64,000 nucleotides of DNA from Armatimonadota bacterium (lineage in GTDB: Bacteria > Armatimonadota > Fimbriimonadia > Fimbriimonadales > GBS-DC). Below the pieces are notes generated by a model. The model had not been told where the DNA came from, made no database searches, and saw only the letters and a program-made list of their open reading frames with translations. This document shows positions 56,145-64,000 of this stretch, piece by piece (position 1 is the stretch's first letter; every line of letters begins with the position of its first letter). Position numbers and translations under genes: made by a program. The stretch lies in NCBI GenBank assembly GCA_037444405.1, contig JBBIML010000006.1:128001-192000 (forward strand). Reading direction: 5' to 3'.

Positions 56145-57635
56145 CTAACGATGGGCGCGTTCGATGGCTCGCAGGGCAGCCATCGCCTTGTTGAGGCACT
56201 CCTGATACTCGCGTTCAGGCTGCGAATCGGCGACGATCCCCGCTCCCGCCTGCACATGCGCGACGCCATCCTTGAGCAGGATGGTGCGGATGGTGATGCA
56301 GGTGTCCATGTCGCCTGTGTAGCTGAAGTAGCCGACGGCGCCCGCGTAGGGTCCGCGGCGGGTCGGCTCCAGCTCCTCAATAATCTCCATCGCCCTCACT
56401 TTGGGCGCGCCTGCCACCGTGCCCGCGGGGAAGCAGGCGCGCAACACATCGAAACTGTCCACGCCCGCCTTCAGCCGCCCGCGCACCTCCGACACGATAT
56501 GCATCACATGCGAGTAGCGCTCAATCACCATCAGCTCGGGCACATGCACCGTGCCATACTCGCAGACGCGCCCCAGGTCGTTGCGCCCCAGATCGACCAG
56601 CATGATATGCTCGGCGCGTTCCTTCTCGTCGGCAAGCAGTTCCTGCGCCAGTTGCTGATCTTCGGTTTCGTTCGCGCCGCGCGGGCGTGTGCCCGCAATC
56701 GGGCGCGTGGTCGCCTGACGCCCCTCCACCGTTACCAGCACCTCTGGCGACGCGCCAACCAGCGTCATATCGTCCATGCGCAGGAAAAACATATAGGGCG
56801 ACGGGTTGATGGAGCGCAGGGCGCGATAGATGTTGAGCGCGGGCGCACGCACAGGCTGGCTGAACCGCTGGGACAGCACCACCTGAATGCAGTCGCCCGC
56901 ATGGATATACTCCACCGCGCGCTCCACCGCCTTCAGAAACGCCTCGCGCGCCATGTTCGGCGTCGGATTGAGCTGGAAGCTGGGGTCTTCAAAGGGTGGC
57001 GGGGGTGGCAGCGGGCGATTGAGCTGGGTCAATACGCTTTCGATGCGCTCCGTCGCTCGCCGATACGCGCTCGACGGCTCGGCGCACGGCGGCGCATTCA
57101 CCAGCACCTGAATGCGATGCAACACATGGTCAAAAATCAGCAGCACTTCGGGGAAGATGAGGCAACAGTCGTCGGTTTGCAAATCGTCTGCGGTCTGGTC
57201 AGGCAGGCGTTCGAGGAAGCGCACATAGTCGTAGGCGATATAGCCGACCGCGCCGCCGGTGAATCGGGGTAGTTGCGGGTCGCGCCGATAGCGGAACCGA
57301 TAGAGCAGCGCGCGCACGGCGTCGAGCGGGTCCTGGTTCGGGGGCAGCTCCAGCGTTCGCCAGCCTGTGTCGCGCTCCCACAGGCGCATGAGGCGCCCTT
57401 TAGAGCGCACAATCGCCGTCGGCGCAAAGCCGATAAAGGAGTAGCGGGCGATGCGCTCGCCCCCGCTCACGCTCTCCAGCAAAAAGGCGTACGGCTCGTC
57501 GCCTGCCACCTTGTAGAAGGCGGAGAGGGGCGTCTCCCAGTCTGCCAGCACCGCCTGATGGACGGGCGCCATCAGCCCCGCCGCCTGCCAGCGGCAAAAG
57601 GCATCCGCATCAGGCTGAATCGCCAGCCTATACAC
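56145..57635 (-). CDS. trpE: anthranilate synthase component I
   Basis: FLLESV, QVVLSQRF, NPSPYM, PIAGTRPRG, AEHIMLVDLGRND, GAPKVRAM, QAGAGIVADS. Confidence 0.95.
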   Translation of the reverse strand: MYRLAIQPDADAFCRWQAAGLMAPVHQAVLADWETPLSAFYKVAGDEPYAFLLESVSGGERIARYSFIGFAPTAIVRSKGRLMRLWERDTGWRTLELPPNQDPLDAVRALLYRFRYRRDPQLPRFTGGAVGYIAYDYVRFLERLPDQTADDLQTDDCCLIFPEVLLIFDHVLHRIQVLVNAPPCAEPSSAYRRATERIESVLTQLNRPLPPPPPFEDPSFQLNPTPNMAREAFLKAVERAVEYIHAGDCIQVVLSQRFSQPVRAPALNIYRALRSINPSPYMFFLRMDDMTLVGASPEVLVTVEGRQATTRPIAGTRPRGANETEDQQLAQELLADEKERAEHIMLVDLGRNDLGRVCEYGTVHVPELMVIERYSHVMHIVSEVRGRLKAGVDSFDVLRACFPAGTVAGAPKVRAMEIIEELEPTRRGPYAGAVGYFSYTGDMDTCITIRTILLKDGVAHVQAGAGIVADSQPEREYQECLNKAMAALRAIERAHR

Positions 57636-57760
57636 CGTCGGGCGAACCCCCTCGATCCGTCCAGATTGACCCTGCCCGCCTGTATGCGCACTCCATCGGC
57701 ACCGCCCCGAAGTATACCCGTCGGCAGGAAAGGGCGCTTGCCTGCTGAACTCAGGAGGGG

Positions 57761-58837
57761 ATGAAACGCACGGCTTTATATGAGGCGCATCGGCAGCTGG
57801 GCGCGCGCATGGTGGAGTTCGCGGGCTGGGAGATGCCCATCCAGTACCAGAGCATTCTGGACGAGGCGCGCGCGGTGCGCACTCGCTGGGGCATCTTCGA
57901 TGTGAGCCATATGGGGCGCGCCTGCCTGCACGGCGAGAACACCATCCCGTTTTTGAACCTGTTAGTGCCCAGCGATCTGGGCAAGCTGGGCGACAACAGC
58001 GCGCTCTATACCGTGCTGACCAACGAGCGCGGCGGCGTCGTGGACGATATCATCCTCTATCGGCAATCGCCCGACCAGTGGCTGATGGTGTTCAACGCCG
58101 CCAACCACGACAAAGACCTCGCGTGGCTCCAGCGCTGGCAGGGACGCTTCAATCCGCCGCCCACCATCGACGACCAGACCGAGCGCACGGTGATGATTGC
58201 GGTTCAGGGACCCGAAGCGGTGGCGCATCTGACGGCATTATTGGCGCCGCGCCTCACCGATGTGCCGCGGTTTGGAGCGCTCGCGTTTGAGTGGCGCGGG
58301 GTGCCCGTTTTTGCGGGACGCACAGGCTATACAGGTGAAGATGGTTTTGAGCTGATTGTGCCTGCGGAAGCGGGTGAGGCACTATGGGAGACCCTGTTGC
58401 AGGCGGGCGCGACACCCTGCGGGCTGGGCGCCCGCGATGTGCTGCGCGTGGAAGCAGGACTCCATCTCTATGGGCACGAACTGACCGACGACACGAACCC
58501 CATTGAGGCGGGGTTGGGCTGGCTTGTGAGCGAGCGCACCGACTACATCGGCGCGGACATCATCCAGCGGGTCAAAACCGAAGGTGCTGCGCGCCGCCTG
58601 ATGGGGATCGTGCTGCAGGAGCGCGGCGTGCCCCGTGAGGGCTATCCCGTGCTGATTGAGGGGCAGGTGGTGGCGCAGCTCACCAGCGGCGTCTACTCGC
58701 CCACGCTTGAATGCGGAATCGGAATGGCGTATCTGCCCGCTGAATGGGCGAAGGCAGGCACACCCTGCGCAGTGGAGATTCGCGGACGCGCCGTGCCCGC
58801 GCTGATCACCACCCGCCGCTTCCTCAAACGAGGCTGA
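57761..58837 (+). CDS. gcvT: glycine cleavage system aminomethyltransferase T
   Basis: KRTALY, FAGWEMP, FDVSHMG, RTGYTGEDGFE, GLGARDVLRVEAGL. Confidence 0.97.
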   Translation: MKRTALYEAHRQLGARMVEFAGWEMPIQYQSILDEARAVRTRWGIFDVSHMGRACLHGENTIPFLNLLVPSDLGKLGDNSALYTVLTNERGGVVDDIILYRQSPDQWLMVFNAANHDKDLAWLQRWQGRFNPPPTIDDQTERTVMIAVQGPEAVAHLTALLAPRLTDVPRFGALAFEWRGVPVFAGRTGYTGEDGFELIVPAEAGEALWETLLQAGATPCGLGARDVLRVEAGLHLYGHELTDDTNPIEAGLGWLVSERTDYIGADIIQRVKTEGAARRLMGIVLQERGVPREGYPVLIEGQVVAQLTSGVYSPTLECGIGMAYLPAEWAKAGTPCAVEIRGRAVPALITTRRFLKRG

Positions 58838-59912
58838 GCTGGCACCATTGGCGCAAAACCCATTCGACGCCGTGCTGCTGCACCCAATCGCGCAACTGTA
58901 CCGATTCGGCGTCGCTCGGGTCATAGTAGCGGAGCGCGGCAAGGATTGCCTCCCGGAACGGCTCGCTATCCTCACCCTGCTCGCGCAACAGGCGATACGC
59001 GCCCACCAGTCGGTCATCGGCGCGCAGTTTGCGCAGCGGCTCGCGTGCCACCCGCGCGATAGGATCGTTCAGCGCAGGGTGCTGGATGCGAGCCACGATG
59101 TCGGCGACCGTTTGATGATGCTCAGCGTGGTCAAAGGCAAATGCCTTCAGCAGCGCCCGCTCCAGTGCAGCCGCCGCGCGCTCGAACCGCTCGCGGATAG
59201 AAGCGTCGTTGAGGGCTTGCTGGATGGTGGTGTAGCCTTTCTGTGCGCCCAGATAGGCGACCAGCGCGTGCAGCCCATTATGCACATAGAGCTTGCGCAG
59301 GAAATAGTTCTCGAAGGGGCGCACGGGATGGACGCCTTCGATGGGAGGTAGCTCGCCACGAATGGCGTCGGCGTCGAGGAGCAGGCGGTCGTGGCGTTCA
59401 GCGCGCACGCCGGGCGGGTCGCCGGGCAGTTCCGCCACCACCTGCCGCTCAACCACACACCGCACCAGCACCACCGCCTCATCCAGAGCCATATCGGGCA
59501 GCGCGGTTCGAAGCGCGTCGCGCACAATCTGGTCGGCATGCAGTTCGTTCTCGCCCAGCAGCAGGTGGAGCGGCGGGCGCCGATGGGCGACGCGCAGGCG
59601 CAGTCCCTCCGTTAGCAGAGGGGCAATCGCGGGCAGGGCGCCGGCTCCCACTGTTGTCGCGCCGATCCTCGCGTTCAGGCACGCCTGTGCAATCGCCTCG
59701 CGCTCCGTTGTGTGCAACGCCTGCACGGGCGCAATCGTTTCCCGCTCGCCGTCCAGCCACTCAATCCAGCAGGCGCGATGGCGCTGCAGGCTCTGCACCA
59801 GCTCCGGGCGCGCCTCCACGAACACCACCTCCAGCCCTGCGCGGGTGAACAGCTGGGCGAACAGCCCGCGCCCAATCCTGCCCGCGCCGAACTGAAGGGC
59901 AACCGAAGGCAT
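58824..59912 (-). CDS. mannitol-1-phosphate 5-dehydrogenase-like
   Basis: FGAGRIGRG, TTVG, RKLYVHNGLHA, RVAREPLRKL..DDRL. Confidence 0.85.
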   Translation of the reverse strand: MPSVALQFGAGRIGRGLFAQLFTRAGLEVVFVEARPELVQSLQRHRACWIEWLDGERETIAPVQALHTTEREAIAQACLNARIGATTVGAGALPAIAPLLTEGLRLRVAHRRPPLHLLLGENELHADQIVRDALRTALPDMALDEAVVLVRCVVERQVVAELPGDPPGVRAERHDRLLLDADAIRGELPPIEGVHPVRPFENYFLRKLYVHNGLHALVAYLGAQKGYTTIQQALNDASIRERFERAAAALERALLKAFAFDHAEHHQTVADIVARIQHPALNDPIARVAREPLRKLRADDRLVGAYRLLREQGEDSEPFREAILAALRYYDPSDAESVQLRDWVQQHGVEWVLRQWCQLSLV

Positions 59913-59915
59913 GCG

Positions 59916-61256
59916 CTAATTATCACCCACCGCGCCGAAGTTAAACAGCACGGTCAGCAGGTCGGCATCGTCCACCACGCCGTCGCCGTTCAGGTCCTCC
60001 AATAAGCCAGAACCCGTCTGCCCGAAGGCGAACAGCACCACCAGCAGGTCGGCATCGTCAATCACATTATCGCCGTTAATATCGCCGTTGATGAGGTTGA
60101 ACACCAGCCCGGAAACATCGGAGTCCAACGATACATTGCGGATGACCCGCCACAGGCTGGTGGGCGCACGGCAGGCAAGATTGTAAGTGCCCGACATCAG
60201 CGAGGTGTAGGTGGTGAAGTTGCCGTTCGAGTCGGTGTTGAGGGTGCGCTGCTGACGCACCTGATTGCTGCCCGGCTCCCGAATCTCCAGTGTGAAGGGT
60301 ACCGTTTGCAGCGCCTGCCGATCAAAGATGATGCGTCCCGAAATAAATCGCCGCACAGGTGTGTAGTCGGTGAGCATGATGTCGTACCAGCCCCCTGCCC
60401 GTCCACCCGCGTAGCTGAACCCCTCGACCAAGATATAGTAGATACCTGCGGGCAGATTCTGGAGCGCGATCCGCGAGGTGAAGGGATTGAAGGGGTCATG
60501 GGGGTCGTCATCGTTGGTGGCGAGCGGATTGAACGCCGAGTCGTAGACGGTTACGACGGTATCGGTCGCGCCGAAGGTGCGCACAGTGAGGTTGCCGGCG
60601 CCGATTTCGATGCGGTAGTAGTCGAAATCGGTCTGGCGATAGGTCAGGAAGGCATTCGAGATCAGCGTGAAATCGTCGGCAAGGTTGCCCGCATCGGTGG
60701 CGGTAGCAAAGGTGTCATTTGTTCCGTTAACCTCGTAAGGGTCATAGTCGGGCGCGGTGCTACCGTCGAACAGGCGCAGGGTGTAGCGGAGGCGTGCCAG
60801 CTCACCAGAGGCGGCTATCGAGCGTACCTGCACATAGTAGGTGCCCGCGGAAAGGCTGATGGTGATGCCCGAATCGGCGTTCGTGAAGGATGTATCGCGG
60901 TTGCCGCGCGTGTTATCGCCCGGCACATCATCGTCGTTTTCCGCTATCAAGCCGCCGCTGCTGTTATAAAGCGCCAGCACCGAGTCGAAGGTGGTGTCCA
61001 CACGGAAGGTGTAGGTGCCCGATTGCAACACCTGGAAGCGGAAGTAGTCCAGGTCGCCATCGGGGTTGATCAAGCCCCGAACGACCTTCATCACGCGCTG
61101 GTTGGTGGAGTCGCGCCCCACGACACCCACATTGTGGGCATTCGCGATGGTATCGTTCAGCTCCTGTTCGGTCAGAAACTCGATGCGCGGCATTTGCGCA
61201 GCCGCGAGCATCAGTGTCAGCCCCAGCATCCCAATCAGTATCGTTTCCCTTCTCAT
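59916..61256 (-). CDS. secreted protein with two PPC-like domains and C-terminal dockerin-like repeats
   Basis: Signal peptide, E.NDT..A, D.DY(F/Y)R, IAENDD/LATNDD, GTYY. Ends with GDINGDNVIDDADLL..GDGVVDDADLLTVLFNFG. Confidence 0.8.
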   Translation of the reverse strand: MRRETILIGMLGLTLMLAAAQMPRIEFLTEQELNDTIANAHNVGVVGRDSTNQRVMKVVRGLINPDGDLDYFRFQVLQSGTYTFRVDTTFDSVLALYNSSGGLIAENDDDVPGDNTRGNRDTSFTNADSGITISLSAGTYYVQVRSIAASGELARLRYTLRLFDGSTAPDYDPYEVNGTNDTFATATDAGNLADDFTLISNAFLTYRQTDFDYYRIEIGAGNLTVRTFGATDTVVTVYDSAFNPLATNDDDPHDPFNPFTSRIALQNLPAGIYYILVEGFSYAGGRAGGWYDIMLTDYTPVRRFISGRIIFDRQALQTVPFTLEIREPGSNQVRQQRTLNTDSNGNFTTYTSLMSGTYNLACRAPTSLWRVIRNVSLDSDVSGLVFNLINGDINGDNVIDDADLLVVLFAFGQTGSGLLEDLNGDGVVDDADLLTVLFNFGAVGDN

Positions 61257-61296
61257 AGCTCCTTTCCCGTACCTCTATTATAGCACAGGTGTGCCT

Positions 61297-61989
61297 TTAA
61301 AGCAGCCCCTGCTCACGGAAACTGGTATATCTGCCGTCGCCGATGATGATGTGATCGAGCAGTTCGATGCCGAGCAGGTTGCCCGCCTCGCGCAGGCGGC
61401 GGGTGATGGCGATGTCTTCGGGGCTGGGAGTGGGGTCGCCGCTGGGATGGTTGTGGGCGGCAATCCAGCAGGCGGCACCTTCGCGAATAGCAGCGCGATA
61501 CACCTCACGCGGATGCACCAGACTGCTATCCAGCGTGCCGATGGAGATGGTCTCGGCGCGAAGCACCCGATTTTTGATGTCCAGTAGCACGGCAATAAAA
61601 TGTTCGCGTTTCTCAAACAGCAGGTCCGCATAAAGCAGGTTATAGACATCTTCAGGCGAGCGGATTTGCGGGCGTTCCTGGAAGGTGCTAATGGCGACGC
61701 GGCGTCCCAGCTCCATCGCGGCGGCAATCTGGGTCGCTTTCGCCAGCCCCATGCCTTTGACGGCGGCTAACTCGCGCACGGTGGCGTTCAGCACACCGCG
61801 CAAGCCGTTGAACCGCTGGAGCAGTTCCTGTGCCAGCTGGAGCGCGGAGCGCTGGCGTGTACCCGTGCGCAACAAGATGGCGAGCAGTTCATGGTCGCGC
61901 AGGCTTGCCGCGCCCCATGTCGCCAGCTTTTCGCGCGGACGCTCCGAAGCGGGCAGCTCCCGAATGGTCGTATAGGTTGTCGGCTCCAT
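61297..61989 (-). CDS. radC: RadC/JAB-domain protein
   Basis: ERPREKL, ELLAILLRTG, VHPREV, HNHPSGDPTPSPED, LLDHIIIG. Confidence 0.95.
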   Translation of the reverse strand: MEPTTYTTIRELPASERPREKLATWGAASLRDHELLAILLRTGTRQRSALQLAQELLQRFNGLRGVLNATVRELAAVKGMGLAKATQIAAAMELGRRVAISTFQERPQIRSPEDVYNLLYADLLFEKREHFIAVLLDIKNRVLRAETISIGTLDSSLVHPREVYRAAIREGAACWIAAHNHPSGDPTPSPEDIAITRRLREAGNLLGIELLDHIIIGDGRYTSFREQGLL

Positions 61990-61996
61990 CGTTCAC

Positions 61997-62506
61997 CTAT
62001 AGTGCTTTTTTGAGGCGGGTATGCACCGCGTCCAGCAGGGAGTGAACTGCGCCGCCTGCGATCAGCCCGATCAGCAGCGCCAGCACCTCCTGCCGATAGG
62101 TGAGCATCCAGTCGGTGGCGTGCAGCAGCCAGCTCTGGGTGTCCACCTGCAACGCCAGCCCGATGCGTGTCAGCAGCCAGCTGATGACGCTCACGAACAG
62201 CACGAGCATCGCAATCAGGTAGGCGACGCGCAATAGCGGACCAATACCCAGCCCGTGCGAAATCCAGCTCCGATGCGGCACCAGCTTCTGATAGGGATAC
62301 CACAGCACGCGCAGGGGTCCCCAGCGGTAGTACGCGCTGGAGCGCGTGTCCAGATCGCTGGAGAGCCAGATGCCCGAAAAGGTGTAGCTGGCGATGGCGA
62401 GCCAGGCGAGCGGGCGCGTCTCCGGCGGCAGGCATATTGTCGAGAGCGGGATCGCTCCCGCCGCCGTCGCGATGGTCACCCAGTCATGCACCTTGCCCGA
62501 TGGCAT
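61997..62506 (-). CDS. DUF2227-like metal-binding membrane protein
   Basis: MPSGKVHD, SSDLD, WYPY...HRSWISHG..GPLLR. Confidence 0.85.
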   Translation of the reverse strand: MPSGKVHDWVTIATAAGAIPLSTICLPPETRPLAWLAIASYTFSGIWLSSDLDTRSSAYYRWGPLRVLWYPYQKLVPHRSWISHGLGIGPLLRVAYLIAMLVLFVSVISWLLTRIGLALQVDTQSWLLHATDWMLTYRQEVLALLIGLIAGGAVHSLLDAVHTRLKKAL

Positions 62507-62518
62507 CGCTGTGGTTGC

Positions 62519-63559
62519 TTATAAGCCAGCCGCTTTGCGCATCTTCTCGATGGCGCGGGCTTCCAGCTGGCGCACACGCTCGCGACTGAGGTTCAGCGCG
62601 CGCCCGATTTCCGAGATAGTGAGCGGTTGCGCCCCTCCCAGCCCGTAGCGCAGCTCGATCACGGTGCGTTCCTTCTCGTTCAGCACGCCGAGCAGCGGCT
62701 CCAAATTGAACCCTTCTTCGATGGGCGGCGGCTCTTCGGCAATCAGGTCGAGCAGGGTCGCCTCCTCGCCACCGCCACCGACTGGCGTTTCAAGGGAGAT
62801 GGGTCGCGCGACAGCGTTCAGCAGATTGCTGACCTGTTCGACGCTCATGCCAGCGTGCCGGGCAATCTCGTGCAGGGTCGGCTGGCGTCCGAGCTGTTGC
62901 TGGAGCAGGGCGGTGGTCTGGCGCACGCGGCGCAATGCCTTCATGAGATGCTCTGGCAGGCGCACTGTTGCAGCCTGCACCTGCAGCGCCCGCCCAATCT
63001 GATGGCGGATCCACCAGGCAGCAAAGGTGGCGAAGGGTGTGCCCTTTTCCGGGCGGAACAGGTTCACCGCTCGCATCAGCCCCAGCGTGCCCTCCTGAAT
63101 CAGGTCAGCGAGCGGCAGTCCGCGTCCCGTGTAGTGGCGAGCGATGGAGAGAACCAGTCGCAGGTTCGATTCGATCAGCCGTTCGCGTGCGGTCTCGTCG
63201 CCTTCACGCGCCTGACGGGCGAGTTCCTGCTCCTCATCGGGCGTCAGGCGCGGGGCGCGCGTCGCCTGCCGAACCCACCACTGCACCGGGTCATCAAGCG
63301 TCTCGCTCTCCATCTGCTCGATGGCGCGGTCGGCTTCTTCCGCCAGCAGGCGCAGCTCCCGCTCGGCTGCCTCGCTACCGAGCAGCACAGGAATGCCCTC
63401 CTGCTCAAAAATCGCAAGTGCCTCCTCGATAGCTTCGGGTTCCAATAGCTCCGGCAGGCTCCCTGTCAGCTCCTCCACCGTGATGTAGCCCTGCTGACGC
63501 CCCTTTTCGATGAGCGCGAGCATCCTGTCCGAGTCATAGCCCGACGGTATCTCGTTCAT
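62519..63559 (-). CDS. RpoD/SigA-family sigma-70 factor, divergent
   Basis: Region 1.1-like N-terminus, NLRLVLSIA, DLIQEG..GLMRAV, WWIR, SLETPV, SRERVRQLE. GGAGG RBS. Confidence 0.88.
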   Translation of the reverse strand: MNEIPSGYDSDRMLALIEKGRQQGYITVEELTGSLPELLEPEAIEEALAIFEQEGIPVLLGSEAAERELRLLAEEADRAIEQMESETLDDPVQWWVRQATRAPRLTPDEEQELARQAREGDETARERLIESNLRLVLSIARHYTGRGLPLADLIQEGTLGLMRAVNLFRPEKGTPFATFAAWWIRHQIGRALQVQAATVRLPEHLMKALRRVRQTTALLQQQLGRQPTLHEIARHAGMSVEQVSNLLNAVARPISLETPVGGGGEEATLLDLIAEEPPPIEEGFNLEPLLGVLNEKERTVIELRYGLGGAQPLTISEIGRALNLSRERVRQLEARAIEKMRKAAGL

Positions 63560-63589
63560 TGCCATCCTCCGCAACTGCCTTTCACGATT

Positions 63590-64000
63590 TTAAGATTCGA
63601 CGCGCAGGCGCCAGTATTCCTGCCACTTATCGGGGTCAGGGGGCGTATTGCTGTGGGTGAGTTCGTGGAGGAGCTGCATGCGGCGGGCGCGCTCCTGACG
63701 CCGACGGAGGTAAGCGATGCAGTCAGCGATGATGGTGGGCGTCAGCGGCGGCTCGGTCTGCATCAGCAGGCTGGTCAACAGCGCCTGCAACGGCTCCTGA
63801 TTGAGGGTCTCAAGCAGCTCGCGCGGGGTGTACCGGTAGGGCGGTTGAGGGAGTTGCTGGAGCGCTTGGGCGAGCGCGGCATGGTCGGGCAGGCTCCACT
63901 CGATCTGGGGCAGCTGTTCCCATGCAGAGGCGGCGGTTTCGGGCAATAGCACCGCTCGCAGAAGCGTACGCTCGGCGTCGATCACGGCGCGTGGCAGCTC
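63590..64000 (-). CDS. dnaG: probable DNA primase C-terminus (partial)
   Basis: Open frame to the window edge (ELPRAVIDAERTLLRAVL...), helical, directly upstream of a sigma-70 gene. The call rests mostly on synteny. Confidence 0.55.
   Translation of the reverse strand, partial: ELPRAVIDAERTLLRAVLLPETAASAWEQLPQIEWSLPDHAALAQALQQLPQPPYRYTPRELLETLNQEPLQALLTSLLMQTEPPLTPTIIADCIAYLRRRQERARRMQLLHELTHSNTPPDPDKWQEYWRLRVES

Noticed and set aside
57636..57760. Possible glycine riboswitch before gcvT or a trp attenuator before trpE
   Set aside because: The interval is short and lacks the glycine aptamer consensus or a Trp-codon leader peptide.
61297..61989. radC as a marker of a mobile element
   Set aside because: It is the full-length chromosomal type with host-like composition among housekeeping genes.

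Overview
This is a high-GC bacterial chromosomal window. It is probably from a thermophilic Armatimonadota/Fimbriimonadales-like organism, inferred from dockerin-like 'DDADLLxVLFxFG' C-termini, a PEP-CTERM protein and a DUF6785-like membrane protein. Most genes are housekeeping: ppdK, ribF, serC, serA, hslU, alaS, ilvC, dnaX, radA, trpE, gcvT, radC and the dnaG end followed by a sigma-70 gene. Four accessory modules stand out. (1) A lower-GC two-gene cassette sits inside the serC-serA operon. It encodes a beta-class DNA amino-methyltransferase overlapping a divergent endonuclease III-like (HhH-GPD, [4Fe-4S]) glycosylase with no recognisable restriction nuclease. This is my best candidate for an undescribed system, a methylase plus restriction glycosylase. 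(2) A DUF1156 methylase / DUF499 ATPase / SNF2-DUF3883 defence operon carries three single-base frameshifts, one in a G7 tract. (3) A cobalamin riboswitch drives a PEP-CTERM protein and a BtuH-like dockerin-tagged protein. (4) An island, largely low in GC, holds an ECF sigma, two DUF1573-like proteins, a 14-Cys secreted peptide and a membrane-anchored partner. Also seen are a PlsY-AMMECR1 fusion, an atypical sigma-70 at the rpoD position, a structured ~230-nt ppdK leader, widespread leaderless-type promoters, two REP-like repeat families and a MITE-like element. No CRISPR array, rRNA, tRNA, integrase or transposase was recognised. All family calls come from reading motifs by eye; no database search was run.
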